Positions 1 to 12,186 of a DNA stretch of 64,000 nucleotides are shown here, piece by piece (position 1 is the stretch's first letter; every line of letters begins with the position of its first letter). The notes under the pieces are model-generated. The model made no database searches. It was not told the DNA's origin and saw only the letters and a list, made by a program, of their open reading frames with translations. The stretch is taken from assembly GCF_963921235.1 (NCBI RefSeq), contig NC_086097.1, positions 232,626,001-232,690,000 on the forward strand, given 5' to 3'. The stretch comes from Mobula hypostoma. Lineage: Eukaryota. A program made the position numbers and the translations under genes.

Positions 1-559
1 TAACAGCAGTTAGTGATAAGAGACAACAGTCACTAAATAGCAACCGAAATACCAGCAAACAATAAACGGTTTGTTACTGGAAATTGCCGAATTCAATATC
101 GAGGATCAAGAGTTGCAACATGCCCAGGTGGAGGATAAGATGGTGGGTGTGTCTTACATCTACAGTGAGCCTCATTGGACCAGCGTCAAGAGGCTACATG
201 CAGAAAGGTCAGAGTGCGGTGAAGGATTAGAGTCACACAAAATCGAAATTCTGGGTGGCTCATGTGGAGATTTCACTCAGGTTGCCCTGTCAATTTTATT
301 TAAACTGATGTTTGTGTGCCAGGTGCCATCTGTCTCTAACTGTTGATAAGTAAAGCTCAGTTAAGAAGGGTTTAGACTGCTACATAAACACATGGGACAG
401 GCAGATGGAAGTAGTTCAATTAACATCATGGCTGACACTGAAATGGTGGGCTGAATAGCCTATTTTTGGTAAGATGGTGGTGCACTAAGCCACAACTGCT
501 TCTATGGGGCCGCTAAAGGTGTTTTTGTCCATTTTTAAAGTATTTTTTATGATTGCAAG

Positions 560-2124
560 ATATTGCTGGACAGTGAAGTGTTTTGAGAGGTTGGTGATGA
601 AACATATCAGCTCCTGCCCGAGAGGTGACTTGGATCTGTTCCAATTTGCCAACTGGAGCAACAGGTCCAGAGCGGATGCCATCTAATTGGCTCTTCACTC
701 AATCCTGGGCATCTAGACAGCAAAGATGCATATATCAGGATGCTCTTTATTGACTACAGCTCAGTATTCAATACCATCATCCCCTCAAAACTAATCAATA
801 AGCTCCGAGATCTTGGCCTCAGTACCTCCTTGTGCAATTGGATCCTGGATTTCCTCACTTGGCGAGCCCAGTCAGCTTAGATTGGTAACAACATCTCTTC
901 CGCAATCTCCATCAGCACCCAGCTGTGTGCTCTGCCCCCAGCTTTACTCACTTTACACCTATGATTGTGTGGCTAAGCACAGCTCCAAAGCCATATCCAA
1001 TTTTGCTGATGACACCCCTGTTGTAGGCCGAATAAAACGTGGTAATGAATCAGCATACAGGAGGGTGGTTAAAAATCTGGGTGAATGGTGTCATAACAAC
1101 AACCACTCACTCAATGTCAGCAAGACCAAGGAACTGATTGTGGACTACAGGAGAGGGAAACCAGAGGTCCATGAGCCAGTCCTTATCAGAGAATCAGAGG
1201 TGGACAGGGTTAGAAACTTCAAATTCCTGGGTGTTACTATTTCAGAGGATCTGCCTGGACCTATTGTGAAGAAAGCATGGCAGCAGTATTGCATCTGTAT
1301 TGTACTGTCTCAGTACCTTTATATTTGTGTGCTGTAGCACTTTTTAAATCGCAGTTATTTTGTAAATAACATTATTCTTTGCATTTCTGGTCAGATGCTA
1401 AATGCATTTCATTGGCTTTGTATCTGTACTCGGCACAATGACAATAAAGTTGAATCTAATCTAATCTAATTTAGTCTCTACTTCCTTAGGAGTTTGCGGA
1501 GATTCGGCATGACATCTAAAACTTTGACAAACTGCTATGGATGTGTATATTGACTGGCTGCATCATGGCCTAGTTTGGAAACATCAAAGCTTTTGAATGG
1601 AAAATCCTACGAAAGGTAGTGGGTTCGGCCCAGTACATCACAGGTAAAGCCCTCCCAACCATTGAGCACATCAACTTGAAACACTGTTGTAGGAAAGAAG
1701 CATCCATCGTCAGAGATCCCCACCACCCAGGCCATGCTGTCTTTTCACTGCACCCATCTGGCAGAAGGTACATGAGGCTCAGTACTCACACCACCAGATT
1801 TAAGAACAGTTATTACCCCTCAACCATCATGCTCTTGAACAAAAGGTGATAACTAAAATCACTTGCCCCATCATTGAAATGTTCCTATAACCAATGATCT
1901 CACTTTAAGGATTCTTTATCTCATTATCTCTTCTTTTCATTATTAATTGCTATTTATTTATATTTCCATTTGCACAGCTTTTTTTGTCTTTTGTATTCTG
2001 ACGATCTTCCATCCTGTTATGCTTAATATTCTATAGATTTGCTGAGTATGCTTGCAGGGAAATAAATCTCAGGGCTGTATATGGTGACATAATGTACTTT
2101 GATAATAAATTTACTTTGAACTTT
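560..2124 (+). mobile_element. Rex1/Babar-type LINE, degenerate RT region plus 3' tail; a second 3' tail is nested at ~1286-1470
   Basis: Motifs [55 protein letters not shown]. Tail gtactttgataataaatttactttgaacttt; the nested piece ends in (atcta)n. Confidence 0.8.
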
Positions 2125-2149
2125 AATTAGAAATTTGAAGTACTGCAGG

Positions 2150-2771
2150 TCTACCCCATCAGCCAGTTGCTTGTTGGCAGAGCAACCAAAGGAGCTGGAC
2201 TTGGTGCGGACTGTGACGCTGCCCGTGATAGACAGGTGTCACTGCACAAAGGAGGTGTGCAGTGTAACAGTGAGTGATCATCTTTGTCACTTTTATTGTG
2301 ATCGCAAGACCCTGTAGGACATTGTTAATGTGGAATGCTTCAAGTCCAATCTATTGGTTTATTGGGCTAAGGGTGGAGGGGCTGTGTGGCCCTGATCATA
2401 GCGAGGACCAGGCCTCAAGTCGCGGTGTTGCCTGTTTGCAGCTGCCCACGTGGAGGCGTTGGAATTGGGCGCTGCACCAGAGACCCGAAGGCGATGTGGC
2501 ATGGTGTTCATGCTGGAGTTGGTGCTGCTCCCAGTGCTTGCATGGCAGAAGACGAGCCCTGCTGTCTTCAATTGCAGGCTCAGGGACTTGGACTAATTCT
2601 TGTGTGTGACTGTATTTTACTGCTGTCTTATATGTGTAATATGTGCCTTGTGCTGTGTATGCCTGTTGGTATTGCGTTTTGTACCTTGACTCTGGAGGAA
2701 CACCGATTCATTTGGCTGTCTTCATGGGTATTCATGTATGGTTGAATGACAATTAAACTTGAACTTAAACT
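2150..2771 (+). mobile_element. Non-coding retroelement with a Rex-like (ttgaac)n tail
   Basis: GC-richer body with no convincing ORF, ending tgaatgacaattaaacttgaacttaaact. Confidence 0.45.
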
Positions 2772-2799
2772 ATCCCTATTGTTCATTTTAAGATACTGT

Positions 2800-3295
2800 A
2801 CATTTTAATTCCCATTCCCATATTTTGGTCCATGCCCTCTTCTTGTGCTGTAATGAGGCCACCCTCAGGGTGGGGGAGCAATACCTCATATTCTGTTTGG
2901 GTAGCCTCCAATTTTATGGCATGAATATCAATTTCTCCTTCCGGTGAACAAGTTCCACCCCCCACCCCGCCCCCAGACCTTCTACGTCTTTTCACTTGTG
3001 TACCACCTCCCTCTGGTTCCCCTCCTCACCTTTCTCCCATGGTCCACTCTCCTCCCCCGCCAGACTCCTTCTTCTCAAGCCCTTGACCTTTCCCACCCAC
3101 CTGGTTTCTCCTATCACCTTCTAGCTAGCCTCCTTCTCCTTTTTATTCTGGCATCTTTCCTCTCCCTGCTCAATCCCAAAGAATGGTCTCAGCCAGAAAT
3201 ATTGACTGTTTATTCATTTCATAGATGTTGAATTCCTCCAGTATTTTGTTTTAGTTGCTTTGGATTTCCAGTGTCTGTCGACTTTCTCATGTTTA
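2800..3295 (+). mobile_element. Penelope-like element 3' fragment (end of GIY-YIG region, CT-rich tract, decayed hammerhead unit)
   Basis: gagcaatacctcatattctgtttgggtagcctccaa...ggcatgaatatcaatttctc reads EQYLIFCLGSLQ..GMNINFS. A pyrimidine tract follows, then the same terminal unit seen at 6294, 11587 and 19474. Confidence 0.65.
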
Positions 3296-4719
3296 TCATT
3301 AGGTATTTTTTTTTGTGGTAGAGGAGGCATAATAAGATGTATGAGGAAATTGCAACAACAAAGACAAATATTATCTTCAACAAATAGTTGCTGGGAGCAC
3401 CAGGAGCATCATACCAATTACACAACGGTGATGGGTAATAATTCTTAACAACTGGGACAAGCTTTGGATTTCCAGCATCTGCAGAATTTCTCCTGTTTAT
3501 GTACTGTTCTAAGTTACAATGACAAATTTGGTTCTCAATCTACCAGAGAATTCCTCCCATTTTTTGCTGTTTTAAATATGAGTGCCACACCTCAACTTCT
3601 GTTGGGACTTTCAGCTGGCAGAATTGTGTACAGAGTTATCACTTAGTTAAGTGGTAGTTAATTGTCTTACTCCCGTGCCACTCAGTTAGCCGCTCCCACA
3701 TCGGAGGAGTTCACATACTGGACAAGCAGGTTTGTCAATAAAGTTCAGTCCAGTATCCTACATGCTGGCATCCCGGTGTGCTCTGCACTCTCCCCCAGTA
3801 ATGAACACAACGCTTAGGATCTAGTAATCATAATGCCATCAGTTTCAAGACAGTTATGGAGAAGAATAGGTCTCCTCCTTGGGTTGGGATTCTAAATTGG
3901 AAAAAGGCTAATTTTCATGGTATAGGAAAGGATCTGGCAACTATGGGTTGGTGCAGATTGTATTCTGACAAAGGAGTCCTTGGTATGTGGGAGACAAAGC
4001 AGCAGTGAGGTCATGGATCACATATGAATTACAGAGGAGTGGATGTTTGCTGTCTTGAGGTGGATAAATCCCCAGGGCCTGACAAGCCTCAGGCCCTGTA
4101 GGAGGCTAGTGCTGAAATTGCAGACAGCAGGGGGAATAATCAGCAGGAAAAATAAAGTCAGGGCTCTGGAGGGAAATGGTATTGATTACTGTTCTAACAA
4201 GATCCAGGTTTGACTCAATGCACCAAAGTGCCCCCCACATTTTGATTCTATTTTTCGAGTTAACACTTACGACATTAAACTTCAAGTGATGATGGTTTAT
4301 GAATAATGTCAAATATTTCATAAATTTATGTACTTACAGAAGTTCTTAATTTATATTTCTAACATTTTCTCATCATAGTTTAACATATTTTGCTGGGTTA
4401 GTTCTATTTTCTCCATCATTAGTACTCGGGTCTCCCTTTGCACCATTTTAAAAGGACCTTCAACCTTAAAATTCTTATGTAATTAATTATTTCATGTGTA
4501 TCAGGAAATACACCAAATAAGGTTAGTGAGCTGCAGATGCAAAGAGCCATATTGGACTGGAGACCTTGCATAAGGTAGGACAGGATTCAATACTAAATGT
4601 TTCTGATGTTAAGTGGGAAATATGAACAGCAGAGTGGTGCAGTTGGTAGAATGGCTCCCAGTGTTGTCCTGTCCTGTCCTGCCCATTCTGCACCAACTGC
4701 CGCCGCTGGGCTATAAACG

Positions 4720-4845
4720 TGCAGGAGCAATGTGTGGTTAAGTGCCTTGCTCAAGGACACAACACGCTGCCTCAGCTGAGGCTTGAACTCGCGACCTTCA
4801 GATCACAAGTCCAACACCTTAACCACTTGGCCACGCGCCAACACT
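4720..4845 (-). mobile_element. tRNA-derived SINE, 5' head
   Basis: Reverse complement has A-box TGGCCAAGTGG and B-box GTTCAAGCC; same family as 21407-21642 and 58246-58517. Confidence 0.75.
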
Positions 4846-6293
4846 GTAGGATGGCTACCATGATCCAACAATCAAGATTCATTCCTGATCTCCCATATTT
4901 TTTGTGTTGACATGCACATTCTCCCTGTGACTACATGGGGTGAAAAGTAGATTAATTGGCCAATTGGAATTGGATTATTATTGTCACAAGTATTGAGGTA
5001 CAGTGAAAAGTTTGTCTTGCATACTGCTCATACAGATCAATACATTACATACCACATTGAGGTATTACAAGGTACAACAAAAACAGAAAGCAGGATAAAG
5101 TGTAACAGTTACAGAGAAAGTGCAGTGCAGGGAGACAATAAGGTGAAAGGTGACAATGAGGTGGGTGCTATAAATTACTCTTGGTGATAAAATTGGTGGG
5201 AATGTGGTGAGTCTACTAGGCAAAATAGTGGGGGGATAGGATTGCTCTGTGAGCTAGCACAGATCCAGGGGCCAAATGGCCAGCTTCTATGTTGTGGGGA
5301 AATATAGAACTATGGAAAGCAAGGAGTTGCAATGGCACTCTGAAGGAGAGTATTGAAATGTTTGAGGGAGAGGGGTCCCTGGGTTAAGGTATGAATCCAT
5401 ATGACTACAGATGATAATGTTTTTCTGTGTACATCCTGAGGTCCACTGACTATTCGAAAGGTGAGAACAAATTTTCAGATAAATTATTTATTTGAAAGGC
5501 TAACTGTGGAAAGGGCACTAATGAATTTTCAAAGGTTAAGTCAGAAGACTTCTAGTTGTAATCAGCTGCTCATTGTGGCCACCCACCTTTCAGTTGCCTT
5601 TTCTGGAGTGTGGCCAGCTGAGCTGATTACCCTCACTGAGGCTGCATCATACAAGGGACAGAGGCAAGTATCCTTCAACTGGTTAAGAAACCAAAATTAT
5701 CCCCGTTTTCTCGGGTAATACTAATCCTGATCATTGCAATGCTATTTTGATGATTTTTGCTATTCACAGATTAGCTGTGACCCTACATTACAACAATAAT
5801 CACTCTTTTAAAGTGCTCAGAGACACAAGGGACTGCAGCAGATGCCAGAATCTGGATCAACCCTTGCATCCAACCTCTTTATACTGGCTATCCACCCTCT
5901 ACTCTTTCAGTCCAGCTGAAGGGACATTGACTGTCCAGATCCTTTCACAGATGCTGTCTGACCTACTGAGTTCCTCCAGCCAAATTATTATTTATTGCTT
6001 ATTAAGTACTTTTCATAGGTAAAAAGTACTTTGTGCAATCCTTAAGTCAGGAAGTTATTACAGGGTGAAATCATCTTTTCAGGTGATGTGTTGTTTTGTA
6101 ATTTGTAAAGCAATATATACATATATATTAAAAAATTATCTGAATTTTTCTTAAAGTCTGCAATCTTATTAAAAGATACAATTGGTTTGCATGTCTGGAA
6201 TATTTCTATATGATCAATTAAATTTTGTAAAAATACTGAATTCTGCTTATTGATTTTAAACAGTAATATTTGCATTTACCGTGAACGTTGCTA

Positions 6294-6432
6294 CTAAGTC
6301 CTGAAGAAGGGTCTCGGCGCAAAATGTTGACTATCTACTCATTTCCATAGATGCTGTCTGACCATCTGAGTTCTTTCAGCATTTTGTGTGTTGCTCTGGA
6401 TTTCCAGCATCTGCAGATTTTCTTGTGTTTAT
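6294..6432 (+). mobile_element. Penelope-type hammerhead unit, decayed core
   Basis: agtcCTGAAGAagggtctcggcgcAAAAtgttgact...ccatagatgctg...ggatttccagcatctgcagatt; the GAAA is mutated. Confidence 0.75.
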
Positions 6433-6504
6433 ACAATGTAATTAATTAATTTGTTTTTATTAAGGAATTATTATTGGCAGCAACAGCCTTGCTGTTCTTC
6501 AAGA

Positions 6505-6680
6505 CTAGAACCATGGATCTTTAACGGCTACCCAGGTGGAAGTCAAGGCTTCAACCTAGAGTCTCATCCAAAGGAGACCACCTTCATTGTGCAGAACCCT
6601 CCTAGTACTGGCTGACCAGAATGTTAATCTGGATTATGCTCTTGTGTCTGGAATGAGGCTTGAACCCTGTAACCTGAGGT
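6505..6680 (-). mobile_element. Ancient Deu-domain SINE remnant (SacSINE1/AmnSINE1-like)
   Basis: gtctcatccaaagg...gtgcagaaccctcctagtactg...ctggattatgctc...gcttgaaccc resembles the recalled Deu-SINE consensus (gtctcatccgaaag...gtgcagcactccctcagtactg...gacttgaaccc). Confidence 0.55.
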
Positions 6681-6721
6681 AGGAGAAAGTACTTGGCTGG
6701 TTTAAAGACTATTTGAGTTGG

Positions 6722-6938
6722 AGTGGCATGGAAGCGTAGCGGTTAGCGTGACACTATTACAGCGCCAGTGACCCGGGTTCGATTCCCGTCCCTGTCTGTA
6801 AGGAGTTTGTGCGTTCTCCCCGTGACTGCATTCGCTCACACATTCCAAAGATGTATGAGTTGGCAGGGTAATTAGTGTAGTGGGGTGGGATGGACTCGTT
6901 GGGCTGGAACAGCTTGTTGTTGTGCAGTATCCCTAAAT
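6722..6938 (+). mobile_element. V-SINE (HE1-like tRNA SINE)
   Basis: A-box tagcggttagc, B-box GGTTCGATTCC, V-domain ggagtttgtgcgttctccccgtg. Confidence 0.75.
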
Positions 6939-7019
6939 CAGGGGTTTCCAGCCTGGGGTCCACAGGGACCTTGCTGAATGGTATTGGTGCATGGCATTAA
7001 AAAAGGTTGTGAACCCCCG
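6939..7019. mobile_element. 81-bp hAT/Charlie-like MITE
   Basis: Imperfect TIRs caggggtttccagcc / ggttgtgaacccccg; degenerate 8-bp flanks ccctaaat / cttgaaat. Confidence 0.6.
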
Positions 7020-7209
7020 CTTGAAATACAATAAAAATAATAAAATTCAAAGATCCAAGATTTTTATAAACTTAAAAAAAAATCCCCATTGTACCTTGAA
7101 TATTAATAATGTTGTATAAAAATATACTGCAATATATAGTCACAAATTAACACTGAAATCCTTGAGTACTAATTCCAAAATCTTACAAGCTATCCACATT
7201 TTGGAATAC

Positions 7210-8419
7210 TGTAATAATAATCTTAAATAATTTATTAACGTTTAGAGCCATGAATTGATGCTAATTGTTAAACACAGTTAAATACCTTTGAATGGCCACT
7301 GTGAGACTGTGGAGCTATTGTAAGAAGTGAAAGTCCTCCTCAACGCTTGAGATTGAGATGAATTATGTAGCAGAGTACGTCATTATTTGTAAATATATCG
7401 TAAGTTATTATTCGTAACCATAAGCATTTGATATGGACACTGAATTCTGATACTAACAAGGATAACATTTAGTCAGAACTGGTTTTCAGAACTGCATTTG
7501 GAGCTTTAGAGGAGACAAAAGAGACAAAAGTTCGGGTGACTTTTTGGCATGCGTTAATTTAATAAATTTATAACCTTTAATATAGAAACATCTTAAATAC
7601 AATAAAGAAAAGTTATTCCGCAATATTGCACATGGCTCGAAAACAACACATACAAAATAAAGAATGCTATTTTGTAAATAGCACGTACAGAGAAGCATTC
7701 TGTTCACTACTTTTTAAAGCAGGTCCATGGACTGTACATAGCCACACTCAGAACAGGTCACCGTCACATAAACTGCTTCAACTAGTTGATGCTTGCCTTG
7801 ATGCAACACAACAGTTACAAGGGTTCAGAACACACTGACAGAAGGCCAAGAAGCTTTGGTTGCACTCCATATTATCATCAACATAAAAATACAGCATAGC
7901 CATTAAACTGCAGCTCCTAAAACAGCAACGATATATACAGCCAAACCAATGTTTGAGCAGATTCTGGAACCAGCTGCCTTAGAGGGGATGAACCTTAAAA
8001 GCAGCTTTCACTATTAAGAAATAACTGGTGTTTAAAATAGTACTTTAGTAGTGTTGTAAATTGAATTCCAGCTTGTACGTTTAATACTCCACTTCCCCAT
8101 GCTTCTTGTGAAATATAACCTCTACAAAGTAATCTGCTATATTGCTCAGCAGAGGTTCAACTTTGGCTACTTCAATGTCTTTCGCTCCTTCATTCAAGGG
8201 ACACATTCACAATGATAAATTAACCATTCTTCATAAGCCACTTGCCACACTGTAAACTCGTATCGCCTTAAGTCAATAATCTATACTTATCAGCAGTGCA
8301 AATTAAATCTCACTGATGTGTTTCACATCTAGCCACACACAAGCACAACTCAGTAAGCTAATTCCAGTATTTTTGTTTTCAAGTGTCCTAAACTAAAAAT
8401 TTAAGTGCAATTAGTGGGT
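7210..8419 (-). other. SYBU: Probable SYBU 3' UTR with poly(A) signal AATAAA at 7236-7231
   Basis: AT-rich stretch after the stop with no recognisable repeats. Plus-strand tttatt at 7231-7236 reads AATAAA on minus and is followed by G/U-containing sequence; repeats resume below ~7020. Confidence 0.55.
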
Positions 8420-9617
8420 TTATTTTTTGAAAGAAGGGGTGAACAATTGTGTGCGCTGCATGCGTAGAGAGTGCAAGGCCACAAGACAGCACCCACGCAG
8501 CAGCGCCCCGATATTGTACAGCGCCCCCGAGCCTCCTCTGCGTGTGGAAAAAATCCACACCAAGGTAGGCACCACAGGGGCAGCCACTGCCAACAAGTCG
8601 ACAATAAAATGCTCGCTCCAGTAACTTCTCTGACACACCGGCTGGTCCTCTGAGACACTAAATTCATCGTTATCGGTCTGGTCAAAGGCAGGTGTAAAAG
8701 TAGGCTCCGTCATACTGCTGACATTAGGTTGGTACTGTGCTTGTTCGTTGCAGGTGTGTGCCTGAGGGCTCTTGAAGTGGTTCACAGATTCTAATTTAGA
8801 CACGAGAATTGTAGTATTGGGATTGTTTGGGGTTAAATCCATCAAAGTGTCAGTAGCTTTTGTTTCAAACTCTGATGGGCATACTTCTTGGCCAAGATCT
8901 GACACCCAGGTTGAAGATATGGGGCTGACTGGGGTGTTATGTTGTGATTTTAGAATATGTAGAATGAGGCTTTGTACATCTGGGCTATATGGCACTACAT
9001 CAGTCTGGATAGCCTGTTCCCTGACTAGCCTATTATCGTTCGTCATAAAGATAATATTTGGAGCAGACATATCAAAAGCTGCACTGTTGCTAAGAATTGA
9101 CTGCATTTCATTGGCTTGTGTCCAACTGCCATCTCCAGAGCAACCATCAGTGGGTTTTGACTGCAGTAACTGGTCAAAGAGGTCGGTCCTGCTTGCCATA
9201 TCGTCGTTGGCAAGCAGGCCGCTATCAGCCATCTCCTCAACAGCCTGGTCTCCAACATCCATGGCTTCGGCCATTTTTGTGTAGGTTGCACTGCGAGCCA
9301 ATGATTTCACAGGAGAAGAGCACATGCAGTCCAACGATGAATCATCCCTCGAAGCACCATTCTGGGCCAACTCCATGCTCTGCAGCAAAGACTCGAGTTT
9401 TTTGTTTTGGATATTAATATCAACAAAATATTTTTGAACCCCCTTATCCTTCTCGACCAAACTGTTCTTCATGGTGTCAATCACCTCACGGAGTTGTTTA
9501 ATCTCCTTGCGAGCTTCCTTTAGTGCAAGCTGAGCTTCAACTCGGTGACATTCCTCTTCGATCCAGTCCTCCCGCATGCGAGCAAGTTGGGACTTGAGAT
9601 CAGCAACTTCAGATTCC
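8420..9617 (-). CDS. SYBU: Syntabulin, last coding exon (end of coiled coil, C-terminal membrane anchor)
   Basis: Encodes (R)ESEVADLKSQLARMREDWIEEECHRVEAQLALKEARKEIKQL...KYFVDINIQNKKLESLLQSME and C-terminal YWSEHFIVDLLAVAAPVVPTLVWIFSTRRGG...YNIGALLRGCCLVALHSLR, matching the syntabulin/syntaphilin family with a SYBU-type tail. Acceptor tcttttttttgtcaaacAG at 9619-9618, phase 2; TAA at 8422-8420. Confidence 0.93.
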
Positions 9618-9817
9618 CTGTTTGACAAAAAAAGACAAGGATGAACATGAGTACCATTTGGAATAGGTGCATTTTCAAAGTAACACAGGCAGGTTCAAAC
9701 AACTTGGAAATTCGGATTGTCTGGTTTGTTTCTTTGGAGCTCTGAAATTGTGAGAAATCAGCTGATGAACAGGGCAATTAAAAATCTGAGTAATTTGCAT
9801 ACAAAGATTTTAAAATT

Positions 9818-10563
9818 AGAACCACAGAACACTACAGCACAGAAAACAGGCCATCTGGCCCTTCTAGTCTGTGCTGAAACATTATTTCGCTAGTCCCATT
9901 AACTCACATCCAGTCCATAACCCTCCAGACCTCTCCCATCCATGTATCTATCCAATTTATTCTTAAAACTTAAGAGTGAGCCTGCATTTACCACGTCAGA
10001 TAGCAGTTCGTTCCGCACTCCCACCACTCTCTGATTGAAGAAGTTCCCCCTAAATCTTTCCCCTTTCACCTTGAAGCCATGTCCTCTCGTGTTGATCTCT
10101 CCTAATCTAAGTGGAAAGAGCCTACTCGCATTTACTCTGTTTATACCCCTCATTATTTTGTAAACCTCTATCAAATCTCCCCTCATTCTTCTACGCTTCA
10201 AGGAATAAAGTCCTAACCTGTTCAATCTTTTCCTGTAACTCAACTCCTGAAGACCCGACAACATCCTAGTAAATCTTCCTTGCACTCTTTCAATCTTACT
10301 GATATCCTTCCTATAGTTAGGTGACCAGAACTGTACACAATACTCCAAATTTGGCCTCACCAATGTCTTATACAACCTCCCCGTAACATCCCAACTCCTA
10401 TACTCAATACTTTGATTTATGAATGCCAGGATGCCAAAAGCCTCCTTTACAACCCTGTCTACCTGTGACGCCACTTTTAGGGAATTATGTATCTGAACTC
10501 CCAGATCTCTTTGTTCCTCCGCACCCCTCAGTGCCCTACCATTTACTGCGTATGTCCTACCTC
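9818..10563 (-). mobile_element. CR1 LINE, 5'-truncated (ORF2 C-terminus and 3' tail)
   Basis: ORF 9899-10474 has LYKTLVRPNLEYCVQFWSP, RRMRGDLIEVYKI, FFNQRVV. Related tails at 50555-50782 (+) and 59880-60210 (-). Confidence 0.9.
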
Positions 10564-11560
10564 GATTAATTTAATTTAGTCAGTAGCAGCAAGTCTTCTC
10601 ACTGCACCATAATGAAATTCTGTGCTCCGATTTTTGTGGAAGGTGGTGTTGAGCTGTATCAATATACTGTAGTTAAACTTGTTTTGATTATTATTTTGAA
10701 GCTTGAACATAGAGCTTTAAATAAAAAAATTAATTGGTTTATTATTATCACACATGCAGAGATCAAGTGAAAAGCTTTGCTTGCATTATTTAAATGATCT
10801 AAAACTGCTGAAGTGTAGCATTCTTCTACAACTAAATGATCAATTGCACAGTATAATATTCAAATCTACTTTAGAACCAATTCATTTTCTCTTCAGATTT
10901 TGTAGAAGTATTTCAGCTGATTGAAATTTCACAGGTTCATAAGTAATAAAATTTTGTGCATACTGTAAGTTTATTTTACCTGCAGGTTACATTATCTACA
11001 AATATATACTGCACATCCCAAGAAGTCAATGGACCACAAACTGGCTTTCTAATCTCCCTGCCTAAAGACAGAAGTAAGTATTTGGAGCCAGGTCACATAA
11101 ATTTGTTGTAGCTCCAGTGAAGAGCAAAGCAAGCTTGCAGAATTAAATAGCTCTCCATTTGTTCTAATTTCAAATCGCCACTGTAGCCAGCATCATGGGT
11201 CTAAAGTTCTGATATTAATTCTGTTTTGATTTTCCTAACAAATAATTTTAGGGTAATTAATTTTTTTTTGGATATAGACTTAAACTGGTGCACACAATAC
11301 TCCACTTGAGGACCACCTTTTCCAATATCCCAGCCCAGTGAATACTACTGCCAATACAAGCACGCAACACCTTTGGCACTCCTCTTGTGAGTATTAATGA
11401 AGTTATTGCGAATGGATAGATGCTTCTGCTGAAAGAGCAGATTGATTTCATCTGCTAGTATCACAAGCAATAATTGAAGTGCTGTGCAATGTAATCAATG
11501 TGCAATTGATTCTTATGCTCTCAATGTTTTGCCTGCCAAGATCATTGATGCTATATTGTA

Positions 11561-11997
11561 TAGAAACATAGAAAATAGGTGCAGGACAACAGGAATTCTG
11601 CAGATGCTGGAAATTCAAGCAACACACATCAAAGTTGCTGGTGAACGCAGCAGGCCAGGCAGCATCTATAGGAAGAGGCGCAGTCGACGTTTCAGGCCGA
11701 GACCCTTCGTCAGGACTAACTGAAGGAAGAGATATAGAAATAGGTGCAGGAGTAGGCCATTCGGCCCTTCAAGCCTGCACCGCCATTTATTATGATCATG
11801 GCTGATCATCCAACTCAGAACCCCGCCCCAGCCTTCCCTCCATACCCCCTGACCCCCGTAGCCACAAGGGCCATATCTAACTCCCTCTTAAATATAGCCA
11901 ATGAACTGGCCTCAACAGTTTCCTGTGGCAGAGAATTCCACAGATTCACCACTCTCTGTGTGAAGAAGTTTTTCCTAATCTCGGTCCTAAAAGGCTT
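11561..11997 (-). mobile_element. CR1 family A 3' end, interrupted by a hammerhead unit at 11587-11733
   Basis: Near-identical to the 3' ends of the copies at 15828-17012 and 27313-31800; (tttctatg)n tail. Confidence 0.9.
11681..11718 (-). ncRNA. Minimal type I hammerhead ribozyme, intact core
   Basis: Minus strand reads UAGUC-CUGACGA-A-GGGU-CUCG-GCCU-GAA-ACGU-C/GACUG. Stem I is UAGUC:GACUG, the cores are CUGANGA and GAAA, stem III is the palindrome ACGU, and the GUC triplet places the cut between 11686 and 11685. Confidence 0.8.
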
Positions 11998-12186
11998 GTC
12001 CCGATGAGTGGACACAGCCTGAAATGTCAGCTGTTAATTTATTTCCATAGACGCTGCCTGACCTGCAGAGTTCCTCCAGCACTTTGCATGTGTTCCTTGG
12101 CATTTTAACACACCTCTTATTTGACATGAACTTTAAGTTCATGTGCAGTGGATGTATATGCACACACCCTTTAGGCGTTGGTTATA

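Noticed and set aside
1..7200. Exons of EBAG9, the tail-to-tail neighbour of mammalian SYBU
   Set aside because: No recognisable EBAG9 peptide; the region is mostly repeats.
9618..9628. ORF-track start MSN for a single-exon 402-aa gene
   Set aside because: The start is a TTG inside the acceptor polypyrimidine tract; the region is the spliced last exon of SYBU.
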